A stretch of DNA of 60,295 bases, filler included, from Sphacelaria rigidula (taxonomy: Eukaryota), in the NCBI GenBank assembly GCA_964200075.2. It is 8 parts of 8 records of this genome, joined end to end, with 100 filler letters (N's around TTAATTAATTAA, not from the genome) between each part and the next. Parts side by side here need not be neighbours in the genome. Positions count along the whole stretch, not along the records: positions 7,551 to 15,000 come from CAXNAA020014864.1; positions 15,101 to 22,550 come from CAXNAA020014865.1; positions 22,651 to 30,100 come from CAXNAA020014866.1; 5 more parts are not named here. One strand, given 5' to 3'. Every line of letters begins with the position of its first letter. Within the stretch, counting starts at the first letter, position 1. The notes under the pieces were generated by a model. That model did no database searches. It was given only the letters and a program-made list of their open reading frames with translations, and had not been told where the DNA came from. The position numbers were made by a program, and so were the translations under genes. Of this stretch, positions 12,185 through 25,395 are shown piece by piece.

Positions 12185-12259
12185 TCCGTGTACCATGATG
12201 CGGGAAAACAAGATGACCGATCCGTGTACCATGATGCGGGAAAACAAGATGACCGATCC
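12185..12259. repeat. Perfect 36-bp tandem duplication
   Basis: TCCGTGTACCATGATGCGGGAAAACAAGATGACCGA x2. Confidence 0.95.
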
Positions 12260-15200
12260 CACTTCACCTGAAACCTTCCATTAATCGCTACGTAACTATT
12301 TTTTTTCATTGAACCCGGGCGGAAGACGAAACTGAGAATCAATACCCGTACACTACAGTTTTGCCACTTGTGTTCTACCTCAAATGTGATATGGATGCAT
12401 TCCATGGGTGTAAATCTATTCCTTCTCTAGTGCTTTGCGGCTTTGCATGTGATGTATGCGGGGGTGTGGGTATAAGGGTAACCGGCAAATGTACCTGTCA
12501 TCAGACAGTGAGAAAAAGGCCGCGTAAAGCATACTGTGGTCACCGCGAACGACTACCTGCATATGATTGTGGGCGAGGAGTAACCGTCCTGAGCTAAGGT
12601 GAGCCATGCCGATTTCTCCGATCCACCGCGCCACCCGAGAGGGATCAAAGATGTCGGGATCGGAGAATTCCAAGCATGGTTTGAAATCTGACGCCCACAG
12701 CCACTCCTGATCCTGCAATGTCATTTGTGTGCATGCACAGCAAGCGAAGCACAAAAAGTATGCACTCCGTATGTGCTTCAGGTTTTGGCAAAATACGAAT
12801 CATGACATGAACGTGGTGTCTGGATTTGGCTGGCGTAGCATTATTACAGTTTACATCTTCACCATACGCTGGTGTAAAGTACACACTGGATTTTAGTAAA
12901 CCATGAAGACACCAACTATAGTTACCGTCAGACATAAGCATTTGGCGTATGCAATGTTGCACGCTGAGTTTTTGTGCCGTATTTGTGCCGTATTTCAGGT
13001 ATTCCGCGCATCGTGATTACTGTACATGCACTCTGATTCACTTGTCCATGGGTTGGTGCCTGGGGTGGTGTGTAATGGTCGATAGAGTGTATACAGAAGT
13101 TCGCTTGAAAGAGAGAGCAATCCAGTCCTTCTTTTTCGCGCGACATACCTTTACATTCAATTTTATATCGCCAACAAGTACATATTACCTACATAAGAGA
13201 GGGGGAGACGTAGCGACTGTTGAAAGTGAAACACGGGTGTGTGCGTGGCCCTGTTCTTTGAAGTCTTGGTAGACTGCCTTACCGGTTACTACGGTGAAGA
13301 ACATTTGACAGGGGATGAGTAAGACGGCCTCTAGTCCTCCCTGTATATGTCCCTGGTGGGGCAGCTATTGGTCTGTGACGCACTCATCGCTTCCTGGGTT
13401 TGCATGCGCATATGCGTATCCGTCATGCGCCTGAATCTCATGTCCTCTCTAACCTTTCCCCCGTTTGTACGCCTTGAGTCCGTCTTGTGAGACGAACCGG
13501 GCTGGGATTGGACCCAGGGATCATGGGGTTACTAAGAAAATACAGTTTCTCATTTTGATTTCACCAGTGTGGAACGACGGTATTGTCGTCAACAGAGATT
13601 TTGTGGGAATGGTGCCCTTTCACAGGTATTCTTTACGCAGAATATCATAGGTCATCTCATCGCCAACTAAGTTCTTCCCGTGCGAGCCACTCCGTCGCGT
13701 CTGTGAGACCGGTTGCAGGGGTGAAGAAAGCCGTGCCTTTTTGCGAGGCGTGGCATCTTTGGGGCTGCATGTCGCTATCAGGCCAGGACATATACACTAA
13801 CGTGTTCGGCTAGATAGACAACGTTTCGCACGTATGACAACTCAAATCATGATAAGTGCATATCCACGTTTGCATGAATCGTCCACCCTTTTCGCATGGA
13901 GATGTTATACGTACTTGTTTTGAAGTCGTGACTTGTGTGGCACGAGCCATTACTCCGCCGTATGTATGTCGCACTTCCCCTTAGTGGTGTTCAAACGCCG
14001 CCTTTTAATTGATAAAATCGGGTATATTGCACCCTGGACAATAGATTACGTTCTCTAAAAGTGTACTGCGTACAGTATTGACTATTGCGTCCATTGAAAT
14101 AGACAACAGATTCCACACTGTGTGTAGTACATTTTTGAACAATGTAGTATATTGTCCAGGGTGTGGTATTGTTACAACTACTTGTATGGAGGTCTGATAC
14201 GTCCTTCGTCGTGTACGGAAAACAAGGTCGTCTTCGTCTGAAGAATCTCGCGCTCGTGTAACCGTTTACGAGCGGAAGGAAGAGCGATAGCAAAATCACG
14301 AGCTAGACGAGGAAGATACCTGCAAATGAGGCCATATTCTTAGCAGGGCCGCCGTCCTTGATCGACCGCGCGTTGGAAATGTTCATGTATGTTTACCATA
14401 AAAAACACCCGACGTACAGTAGCATCACGACAGAGAACACGCTGACCGCTTTACTATTACTTCGATCATCGCGACCACCGTCAAGCATGCACTTTCATCT
14501 GTACGCTAGAAACACAAACTCCCAGAGCCTTCAGAAACGTCTCACACAACACCCCCTCGACGCACCTTCAAGTACTATAAATTCGATTTATATTGTTATT
14601 GCCATGGCCAGCTCATCGTTACCTTCGCCAACAGCATTTTCTGCTGACGCTTCGAAAGATTTCCCACAGCACACCCCAGCCTGGCCGCCGTCTTCACCGT
14701 AACCTTCCTTTCCTCCGCCTCAGTATCAACCAAGTCAGACCGCGCCCCGCCCCACCCCACTGGCAACACCAAAGACGAATATCGCCTTCGCCTCTTCCAA
14801 CATATCCCTTCCCCAGGCCCAACCAGCCAATCGTAACACCCCGCCTCGTTCTCCCCCGCTCCCCCCGGGTTATGTTTGTCACCGGACATGCCTGAGACGT
14901 TCAACAGCACCAGCGAGAGAGTGAGGAAGGGGGGGGGGGGGGGGGGGTCCCCAAAAGCCTCCGGAAATCGCTCACACGTTCGCGGTCCCCAGTTCTGTGG
15001 NNNNNNNNNNNNNNNNNNNNNNNNNNNNNNNNNNNNNNNNNNNNTTAATTAATTAANNNNNNNNNNNNNNNNNNNNNNNNNNNNNNNNNNNNNNNNNNNN
15101 GGTACTCCAGAAAAACTCAGAAAAAAGGACGACTACGAATTCTGAAAACTTCTGACGCTGACTACTATAACTATTCATTTTGAGGCATTTTGTGATTTCT

Positions 15201-15788
15201 TCGTAATTGGCGATTTTCTTGGGCTCTTTTCGCTCGCCACCGCTCCTCCTATTGGGGATCTGAAGATATTCATATCCGCTCCACATTCCAAGAAAAAAAA
15301 ATCATTTGTACTCAATATTGAGTGACTTACGGGGTGACCCGTCATCGGGGGTCCTACGTTTCAGCCCAGATTCTTACTTGTCGGTATTTTCGGTCGATCG
15401 AGCCTGTCCCGAACAAATTTCTTTTAAAAATGTACAGTTTTATTGTCTTGAGATTCTGCCGACTCGCTGCACTAGAGCCGAAAAACTGTGTTTCACGGTC
15501 AATAACACCCTCCTGATGAACGAGGTATTTACTCGTTTCGCCCGATAACACCAACTAGCACCCACTTGGGCACTGTGTTTAGAGTATGATCTGTTTTTTG
15601 TACCAAAATCTACCGACGCTAGCAATTTCGAGTTCTATCGAAGAGTAGTACGCGAGGAATACCCCAAAACCTCGCGAAATAGTTGGACCGCCCACTACTG
15701 TAAGACATGTCATGTCCCCACATCGTGGAGCGCCCAATCACTTCCCCCGCCCCTCCCCCCTCCTGCTTGATCCTGGCCGGACTCTCAC

Positions 15789-15992
15789 CGGCATGATTGC
15801 GTAAAAGCTGTTGGGAGCAGGGTCGGTGCTCTGCGGCAACTTGAGGCCGAAGCTGTCCTTGGCGAAATAAGCAGCCCTGGACAAGAGGTGAGTGCCCACG
15901 TTCCGAGCACCTTCCGCTGTAAAACCACCGACTCCCGGGTCTACGCCAAGCTCAATAGCCTTTTGCTTCGAAGCTGCTACTAGCTTGGCCCA
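15789..15992 (-). CDS. Uncharacterised coiled-coil/low-complexity protein, exon 4 of 4 seen
   Basis: AAG|TGG acceptor and CCG|GTGAG donor. Translates WAKLVAASKQKAIELG...FYAIMP, phase 0 with the upstream exon. Confidence 0.7.
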
Positions 15993-16320
15993 CTTCATCG
16001 TGTGGTCAAAAAAATACGTTCAACAGCAGTAGGGAGAAGGTGGTGCGATGTGAGCACATGGCAAGGGCAACAACAGACATTTGCACCGCATCTGCGGCTA
16101 CAGCAGCAGCTTTTCTGCGCCCACTCTTGGCGACAGGTAAAAAAACAGGAACGCGAACGGGTCGAAAGACCCTGTTCTTCGTTTCCGTAGCTTCACTTTC
16201 GCGCAGTTCCCTCATTTTTCCTTGTAATTTTCAACAACAACAACAACAACAACAACACCAGCACCAGCACCACCAGCACCAGCACCAGCGACAGCAACGA
16301 CAACAAGAACGATCGCTCAC

Positions 16321-16437
16321 CGTAAGATCGAGGGCTCGCCGGAGGGGGGTTTGTCTCGATCCCGCCGCCACCGATGCAGCCGAAGCAGCGGCGTCATTTT
16401 CCAACATGGAAACCGGAACACCCAGATTGAACATGGC
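16321..16437 (-). CDS. Same gene, exon 3 of 4 seen
   Basis: TTTCAG acceptor and ACG|GTGAG donor. Translates AMFNLGVPVSMLEND...RRALDLT (39 codons). Confidence 0.75.
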
Positions 16438-16825
16438 CTGAAAACATTCACGATTATTACATCCCGAAACAAGAAGCCGGGTAAGGTCGCGTCATCAATT
16501 GTGTAAAAACAGTTACAGGGCAATTAAGGAAGGGAAATGGCCGAACTTCATCATAGTTCTGTCAACACACAAAAACGGCGATCTGCATTATTACTTTCGG
16601 CGTTGCACTACCTCTATCGGTGAATCCAGGACGGGTACGGAAACAGTGCCTGGCAACCCCTTCCCCCCCCCCCCCCCAAAAAAGCGAAGAAAAACAAACT
16701 CAGAAGTGTACCGACACCTCGAGCATCGCAAGCCAACTTACAGCACCCGGTACGTACGAAGTAAAAGCCAAAGGTTGCGAACGCGGGAAACAAATGACAA
16801 CAAGTGAAAATTTGGGCACGCTCAC

Positions 16826-17837
16826 GTTCTTCAGGTTAACCCCGTCTTCGCTCTGCGAAGCCGCCATATCCGCATCGAGTCGCATCATCTTTTTCATCGT
16901 GCTGATATCCCAACTCTTGCCCCCCCCGCCACCACCACCACCACCACCACCCCTGCCCTCGACGCCCACCCCTCCCCCATTGACCGTACTCCGCCCCCCT
17001 GCTGCGCCCGCCGACGCTACTGTCGTCGTTGGTCGGGAGCTTCCTACGGGAGCAGAGCTCCGGCCTACACCCGCCGGGGCGCCGAAAAGTGTCGCCATCA
17101 TTCCGCCGGAGCCGGCGCCGGTACCACGGCTGCCACCACTAGCTTGAGCAGCAGGCGAGGCATGCGGGGACATACTTCTGCCGCTGCCGGCGGCGACACC
17201 CCTACCCTGCGAAGAAGAGGACGAGCTGACGCCTGCTGCGCCCGCTCCGCCCGCTCTACTCGCTCCGCCCGCTCCGCCGCCGCCGGCAGCGACACCGTTG
17301 TTAGTGGCGGTGTGCCCAAGTGTGCGTCCGGTAGCAACATCAGTGGAGATGCGATACAGCAACTTCCAGCGCCCGTTCTTGTCGTAAATCTTACTCACCT
17401 GCGGCGAGGACTCGTCCAGGCCTGGGGGTAGCACCGACACCATCTTGGTCGTCCTAATTATCTCTGCCGTCCCGCCGCCGCCAGTGGAGAAAGAACGAGG
17501 GCCACTGTTGCTGCCGCCGCCAACGGCCACACCACCCGCCGCACCGGCGGTCGGGAACCGCGGAGCAGCGCTTGGAGCAATTGGCATAGTTCCGGCTGAG
17601 GAACCTACTCCCGCTCCGGCTCCCGTTCCCGTTCCTGGGGCACCACTGCCGCTGCGCGCGGCGTCCCTGGCCCGTATTGCGGCTTCGTGCTGAGCGCGGA
17701 CAAGGCGCATGCGTTCTTGATTCAGGGCGCGTTTGGCCACCTCTTGCTTGGCTTGTAGCAGCCGCCTCGCTTTCTCCACCGCGTCTCGATCTGCCCTTTC
17801 CTTTCTAATCCTCATCGCCGTTTCCTCCATTTGTTTC
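16826..17837 (-). CDS. Same gene, exon 2 of 4 seen (coiled coil, then Gly/Ala/Ser-rich)
   Basis: ACAG acceptor and AAC|GTGAG donor. Core of ORF 16700-18097, KQMEETAMRIRKERA...DGVNLKN. Confidence 0.8.
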
Positions 17838-18218
17838 CTGTTTTTTGTTTGGCGTTTGTTTATTTTGTTTTGAATTATTTTGTTGGGAAGGAGGGGGGTG
17901 AGGGGACCGACATGGGGCAACAGGGAAATAATTTCATTTTCAAAAGTCATTATCCGATGGTAAACATGGTTGCGCGCAAATTTTGAAGGATGAAACGAGC
18001 GAAGCAAAGGAGCGACAACGGCATATTCATCGCTTAAAAGATTACAACAGTATGTTGAGCGATACGATATCCTACTATTCTTCTCTTCCTCCATCATTCA
18101 TTTTTTTTTCCTCGTCTTTTTGCTTTGTTGCGGGAGGGGGAGTGTGTGGGGGGGGGGGGGGGGGGTATCAGTGATCCGGGTACTCTGCTATTTCACAGCT
18201 GGGGCCCGGCTTTTTTAC

Positions 18219-18403
18219 CGGCGAGCCTCCTTGGCCTCGGCGTTCATTTTGGCTTCGCGCTCCCTCATCTCCCTCAATTGCGCCGCCTTCACCGCGTTCC
18301 TCCTTTCCTCCCTGTACTTGCCCACAATCATGCGAAGGCGCCTCGCCATCATAGTAAAGTCTTCCGGCTTCGGGATCAATCCGGGCCATGTCCCGTTAGG
18401 GTC
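18219..18403 (-). CDS. Same gene, exon 1 of 4 seen
   Basis: AACAG acceptor and CG|GTAAA donor. Translates DPNGTWPGLIPKPEDFTMMARRLRMIVGKYREERR...AKEAR. Phase 2 joins exon 16826-17837. Confidence 0.78.
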
Positions 18404-19092
18404 CTGTTATTCCGTGAGGTGCGCGTGGGGGTGGGGTCGGGGGCAGGATAACAGAGTGAAACTGCATGATTCCGTGTATTTTCCAGGGGTCAGTGCGGGT
18501 GACGTTCCGGGAAGATCCCACTCATGTTGACATCGAAACTCAAAGAAGAGGAAGGGACGAACGACAGATAATAATCCAGTAATCCTTCATCCTCATCCTT
18601 GGATATGCCTCATCTCACTGACCACGTAAGATGTCTTGCCTCGAGGGCTCGCTGATTATTCACTCCCGTCATTCGTTTCTTCAATCATTCTGTCTTTGGC
18701 TATTGTGGAACAAGTTTTTTCTTCATCTCTCGATTCATCTCAGCAGCCGACTTACTCCAAACTAACCGGGGATAAAATGAATAAATCAATAAATAAAAAG
18801 AAGCTAATATATGACCTTCGCAAAACGCAAAAAAAAAACATAAACGCAAGGGTTGGGAGATCGAGAGGTTAAGGGGGTGCGAATGACAACGTTTAGTGGA
18901 ACAAAACGGAGAAGTATCGGGAACAACATAAAAAAACGGGTGGTACTGAATCAAAATCGGTGAACAGTATACTCTATTTTTTTTTCACTCGGGGGGAGAT
19001 GACAACTTCGACATCAAAACTCAGGATATCCCTGTGGAAACTTCAATGCCAGGTCATCAGTTGATACAAAGGCGAAAATAACCAAGGATCTA

Positions 19093-19293
19093 CACGTTAC
19101 ACTCGTCATGTGTCACGTGTCACGTCAAAAGTTAAGCCAGGCTCGTACTACGGTGGGGGACGGGGACCACGTGGGGAGCTCTGTTCAAAAGTCAAGTCAA
19201 ATCAGGGCTGCGCACGTGGTCCACCGTAGTACTAGCCTACCTCAACTTTTGATGACTTTTGTCGTGAAACGTGGACGTAACGAGTGTAACGTG
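19093..19293. mobile_element. Tc1/mariner-type MITE
   Basis: TA|CACGTTACACTCGT ... ACGAGTGTAACGTG|TA. Internal arms are also inverted (GTACTACGGTGG / CCACCGTAGTAC). Confidence 0.8.
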
Positions 19294-22200
19294 TAGACCC
19301 TTGAGAATAACGACCGCCCTCGACTTGCAGAGAACAGGGGAGGAGGTAAACACCACTCGACGAAGGGATCTGCAACACACAGCACGTGACTATAGCAGTC
19401 GAGTCACCATTTTGGATTTCGCTACCTGGGAGTGGTGGGTCAATAGCATATATCAGCACAAATAGAACGGGAGCATCACCCACAATACCTTGGGCAAAGC
19501 CTGCGAACGCTCGAGACGCCTTCCCCACATAACTGCCGTGAGGCAGTCAGTCTAGCTGAGCCTCCGGGTAATCGGCACAGAAAGTCACTTGTGGGGTAAG
19601 TGTTGGGTTAGGTTTCCTTCTTCCGTCAAGTAGAACACACACAAACACACACACCGTTACCATTTATACAGTACACATCCCAAGACATGCGAATTGCAAC
19701 ACGTTCAGATACGAAAAGAGAGAGAGAGATACGAAACAAGCATCCCCAAGATACCCATCCAAATGCAACAATTTCTCACTACGGGGAACTGATTTGACAT
19801 TTCACACATATATTTATATATATATATATATATATTCAAGGTTCCCCTTCGGGAGGTTGGTACGGGCCTCTCGGGGGTAACGCGAGTCGAAAATGTATGG
19901 TTAGGTTAAGAGAAGCTACTGTTGTACCTCAATGTACAGCAGTGATCGTGGCTGTACAAAACATCGCGGGTGTTATCGGATTGGGACGGAGGCCGACAGC
20001 GGAACCGCCGGCCTAGGACATGTCTGGTATTCCCGAGGTGCCAGAGTGCGAAGTAGCTCTCGTGCCACAAAGACATGACAGCGGGAGGCACTTCCCGAAA
20101 AATTGGAATGCGTGGAACATTCTTGGCATATTCTTCGTACATCACTGTGGCTTCCAAATCACCCGGTCTTTTTCTTTCATCAGGGTGATCGTTTTTGCGG
20201 CAAAACATTCCTGTGCTGCCGTGCTGCTGTGCCTTGCTCAACTCGCCAACGGCCCATCGCACGGTCTTGTGTTTGCTGCTGACCGAGGCCAAGGCAATGT
20301 TCAACTGTTTTCAACCGCTTCGCTCTCATGTTCTCGTGGCATAGGCGGCATAACCGGTGTGTTCGTCCCTCCCGAATGCCCCCAAACGAACGAGAGCGCG
20401 ACAAAGAGAAACACGAGGAAAAAAATACCCCGCCAAATGTAATCCTGTTTGGATATTTCCATGATTTTCAACACGCTTTTTTTGTGGATCAGATTCTTGT
20501 TCCAAGTTTTCCATGATCTTGAAAAGGCTTTTGTGGTTCGGGATCGACACTCCGCGAAAAAGGGCCAGTTTGAGCGACTTTCGGCGGCCAGAACACGCGC
20601 CACAGGTATCAGATGACACCCAAACCTGAACGGCAATGCAGCCTTTTCAGTGCGAAGCGAAAGAAAGCGCGTGAAAAAATGCCTTGCCGCCGGAGAAAAC
20701 TCGGCAGAAGTGGTGAAAAATGTGAAATGATACATGTATATTTATAGTCAACAAAAAGCGGGGGGGGGTATGTCGTACACAACCCTCACTCTGTACGCAG
20801 ACGGAGGGGTGTCATTATCCAACGCACCGAAAGCACGGCCATAGTTCTTCTCTTCTGCATAGCAGTAAACCATCCCGCCGCGTATGCTCGCTCGCAAAGC
20901 CATCTGTCATGAACAGCACTCCACCCTTCCACGTCACAGGGCACCTTTCCGAAAGGTGGCTGTGCAGTTGTACATCGTTTGTTTTTCAGGAACAAGTTTG
21001 TGACGCATTAATTCCGGAGCGCACACGGACGCACGAACGCAGGACGAGGCAGGGGGACGGGACGGGACGGGACGGGGTGCTGGGGCTAAGCGGCCATATA
21101 ATTAAAACATCAAGTCGTGGACATATTCCTTTCATCATATACCATTCCATTTTCATCTGCTGATCTCGGGGGATGCCTCATTTTGTCACCATGGCTGTCG
21201 TAGACTCGCACAGGGTTCATATCATGCGGAACCATCATTCAGTCAGTAAGCCACCGACCATCGCAACATGTCCAGGTGTAAATAATATACAAAAAATAAC
21301 CTTCGGTCTTTGAGTACCCGGAAGGACATACACCCCTCTTTTTCCACTGAGGGGAGAGAAGCAATATTTGAACAGAATCGCGATAACAATTTGAGGGAAA
21401 TGATAATAACAGCGAGTGAAACAATGCAACGCTATCGGGGCTAAAAGGGTGTTGAAAAATAAAAAAACAGAGATGTTGTGAGAATACTCGACACCAACAC
21501 GTCTTGATGAAACCTTCGCTGGGGGGGAATGGGGGAGGCGGAGGTGAGGCAAGTCGAGGTAATTCCACGCTTTCCATATAAATTCATCACTTTCAGATCC
21601 ACATCAAAGTCGCTCTCGATCACGTAGTGCTAGAACTCACGTCAGGGGCTCGTAACATGATGGCCAGATCGTGAATCTCATCCAGCAATCCAAGCTTGTG
21701 CGGGATCTTTTGACGACGCCGCAAAAACGCAGAACAGAACAAGGAGCGAAAACCGGGGACAACACGGGTTGGCGCCGTTGGGGTGCGGGGAGCAGCAGTC
21801 TTCGTAAATGCAAGATTTCGTGCGGATCGCAGATAACGGAAAGACACACGCGCGCTATCAAGTGCAGAGGTGCAATATAGAGCAGATACTAGATTTACAG
21901 GTGTGCATTCAACAACAGGGGAGGAACGTTATCTGGCGTACTTTTTTACAAGCCGAGGCCGGTTCAGTTGGTGTGCCCACGCAAACTGAAAATGACATTT
22001 TTCTTTCTCATTTTCCTTCTCTTCGGGTTTTTTCTTGTGAAACATGAAACACAGCGCAGTCGCCTCTTGCGGAGGGAATGTCCGCGCAGCTCGTATAGTC
22101 TCGAAAGTTCCATGCATGCACCATACTGCATTAAACCAAGGATATATGCCCACGACACATGGCATTTTGTCAGGTTCCATGTTGGAAACGAGCGACCTCT

Positions 22201-22416
22201 TGCCGGAAAATATAGCCAGAAAAAAGCGAAGAAAACAAAAAGGGAGGGCCACTATTGTAAAAAAGGAAAATACCCTACTTTGAAAAAAAATCAAAATCTC
22301 AAAACATTTTGTTTCCGGTTAGTACTAGTATTTCTCGTCAGACGACCGAGAACCAGGGCGAAATTATTCATCCAGAACCCTACGGACGGTCGCGAATCGG
22401 GAAAAAGGGAGAGCGC

Positions 22417-22550
22417 GGGTGTATTCATGATCTTGCATGCCATAGTCGTAAGACCATTGACCTCGCATCCCTACAAAGCCGGAAAGGAGCACGCCGGGTT
22501 TTCGCCGGACCAGGCTCGCGATCAATCATCCAGCGCGAAAGGCCGTGGTG
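22417..22550 (-). mobile_element. C-tailed retroposon 3' fragment (long type), cut by contig end
   Basis: Aligns with 8071-8205 along its whole length. Confidence 0.75.
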
Positions 22551-23391
22551 NNNNNNNNNNNNNNNNNNNNNNNNNNNNNNNNNNNNNNNNNNNNTTAATT
22601 AATTAANNNNNNNNNNNNNNNNNNNNNNNNNNNNNNNNNNNNNNNNNNNNAGTATTCTCTCGCCCTCTGCGGCGTGCTGGGGGCGGGCGCCTCAACCCCC
22701 CCCCCCCCCCCACACCCCACCACCCCCCCCCCCCCCCCCCCCCCCGCGCCCCTCCCCCAACCCCACCCAGTCGAGGGATTACTGCGATCCGAAGGGACGG
22801 TGAATTCGCAGTATGCGGGATACAAATCTTCGAATTACACAAGGACAGAATCCCTGGACTTGGGGGTGAGGAACTTAAACAGCGCTGCTCTACATGATAA
22901 AGATCGGAGTCCCGTGGCCCCATACTTCGGCGTTGGCCCCTGGTATATACATCATTTTTTAGCCCATCTTTGTACCGAGCCTGACTGGCATGTAGGGGAC
23001 AGTCGATCGACAGAACGTACCTGCATACAACCTACTGCACTTTACCTCTAGCGTATAACTACAACTTACTACGTGCTATTTGTCCACCTAATATTACCAG
23101 AGCCGGAAGCCGAAGGTTTGCTACATCTCGGGCTACACGTGTACTGGATTGATTGAGCCGCGCAAACGTTCCCAATACTCCCGGGGACCACGACCGAAGA
23201 GCATATGAGGTTCGCAGAAAAAAGGCATGGGTTCTCCAGAGCCAGCCGACACTAGCATCACGAGGACAGAAATCAATGTCCACTACGACTTACCAGTAAC
23301 CACCTCGTCTTCCGAGAGCCCAGGCCGCACTTCCACCCAACAACAAGCAGGTGATTGAATGCGAGCCCCCACTTAATCCGACCCACGCTCA

Positions 23392-23844
23392 TTATCGCTC
23401 GTTTTGTGCGTTAGCCTCCATCAACAACATTTCCGCCGCATTCAACCAATCTTCCGTGGCCAGTGCGTCTTCCTCTGACTCATCAAACTTCAACTGGTCA
23501 AAATCGCTCTGCACAAACGTGTCCGTCGCGCCAGCTGCTGCGGCTGGCTGGATGTTGATGTTTTCAATACTAAGCGATCTGTGAGTTGTCGCCGATTGTG
23601 CGAGGCCTTGTGCCACCTCTCGCGCTAGAGTTGTCACTCGGTCGTTGTCTCCTTGTCCTATGTGCTCACCATCCAAGGGGGGAAAGGTTGGATGTGAGAC
23701 CGGCATCGGGTAGAGGGCATCACACTTTTTTTGCGGTAGTGGTGGTCGCGTGCATGCCAATTCATCATCCAGTCGAGCAGCCACCGACTCGCTTTCCTCA
23801 CCAGTCGTTCCATTGGCGGCCATACACTGCACGGCCTGGGCCAT
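23392..23844 (-). CDS. Possible coding segment, unknown product (acidic, low complexity)
   Basis: Open frame with protein-like composition (FDQLKFDESEEDALATEDWLNAAE). No family recognised. Confidence 0.3.
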   Translation of the reverse strand: MAQAVQCMAANGTTGEESESVAARLDDELACTRPPLPQKKCDALYPMPVSHPTFPPLDGEHIGQGDNDRVTTLAREVAQGLAQSATTHRSLSIENINIQPAAAAGATDTFVQSDFDQLKFDESEEDALATEDWLNAAEMLLMEANAQNER

Positions 23845-24498
23845 TCGAATGCTTTGGATCGTTGACCTTTGTGAATGACGGAAAATATTGCACGCGCCCG
23901 ACAGAACAGAACAAAAGGGGTACATACACCGGCCTCAATACAACGTTGTAAAAAATGTTTTAGAACAGCCTATGCTTCCGCAGCAAATACTCGGTATGAG
24001 GAGGATTTCTGGCTGCTCTGTTTCGTTTACCAAGACCGCTTCAGGCGCTGACGATGTAATTTCAAGTCCACGAAATCACATGCTCTGTACGACGCGTGTC
24101 GAATACAAAAAACTAATGCTCTCGAATTTGATTTGTCGGGCGTGTGAAAAATGGGTTGGCACGGCAACTTGTGGATCCTTACTTACGTGGGAGACCTTCC
24201 CTCAATAATCTATTTCAGATCACCCGTACGAGCACACGGTGGGATTTCGTTTCCAAGCACTAAGTGTCAGACAAGGTTGGTGCTGCTCACAGCCGACTAC
24301 CATCGGCCGTGTGAATATAGCCTAACCTGAACAAAAGCAGTTCATACCGCTACCTGGAGCAACGAAACTCTCCGGGATGCGGGGGAAACCTCATGCATCG
24401 CCCGAAAAAACAAATGTAACAGTACTCAAACAATAGGGTGCCCTTGCTGGTCAGCGCTAGCCGCAGTAGAAACGTGCCTAGACATACGCTTGCATGTA

Positions 24499-24870
24499 GT
24501 GTGTTGTGTTGTCATCACATCTATTTTGGATGCCGGTCTACGTCTTTCGGTGTGTGTGGGCGATTCAGCAGGGGTCACACAGGAGGAAGGCGAACACAGG
24601 AGTCACAGGAGTTTTCTCTTCATTTGTTTTACTTCTCCTCCGCCCTTCTGCGGTGCTTGCACTATTTTTTTTATCGCGATATGGGTTCAGTAATCCCTTT
24701 CCCTCGTTGACCGTGAAGTCGAATTTTGTGTATCCACGACACAGTCGCTCTCCACTGTTGGGCACGGTGTGAGAAAAATTTCAGATCGTGTGACTGCACC
24801 GAGGTTCGAACCCACGACCCAACCGCCACAAGGTTTCCACGTCACCAACTGAGTCACCGTGGCGACGGGC
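24499..24870 (-). mobile_element. tRNA-derived SINE, family 1 copy
   Basis: A box GTGACTCAGTTGG and B box GGGTTCGAACC on the minus strand. Body matches 150-515. Confidence 0.85.
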
Positions 24871-24910
24871 CAACGTTCATTTGTAGGGTGCTGTGGGCTT
24901 GCTGCACTGA

Positions 24911-25395
24911 GGCCGCTCCTTATAACAGACAAAAATAAAAATCTGGAAGAATGCCTTTTAGGAGCGTTTACGTCGTTTTACGCCCCGCCCCGTAAGAGAG
25001 CTAGGCGGAGTTTGACACCTTGGAACGACTTGATCTACTAGTTGAGGCGATTCCGGGACATCTCCCCGTTTTCCGGTGGCCGCAGTTTTTATTGTGGCCA
25101 AACAAGAAATTTGAGTTATAGAACGGTAAAAAACAGTCAAGTCTAGAAAAAAACGCCAGTTTTCTCTGCACTTGACTGTTTTTTTACGTTCTATCACGAG
25201 AATTCTTGTTTGGCCAAAATAAAAACTGCGGCCACCGGACAACGGGGAGATGTGCTGGAACCGCCTCAACGAGTGGATCAAGTCATTCCAAGGTGTCAAA
25301 CTCCGCCTAGCTCTTTTCCGGGGCGTAAAACGACGTGAAAGCTCCAAAAAGGCACTTATCCAGATTTTTATTCTTGTCTGTTATAAGGAGCGGCC
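24911..25395. mobile_element. PIF/Harbinger-type foldback MITE
   Basis: GGCCGCTCCTTATAACAGACAA / TTGTCTGTTATAAGGAGCGGCC with ~235-bp arms. 3-bp TSD TGA on both sides. Confidence 0.9.

Noticed and set aside
15512..15545. Hammerhead ribozyme cores at CTGATGA (also minus strand near 19055, 33663, 43571)
   Set aside because: A stem follows, but the required GAAA and the stem III/cleavage triplet are missing.
24958..25347. Recurring peptide KRARRxLTPWNDL in several ORFs as a protein family
   Set aside because: It results from translating both arms of related foldback MITEs.
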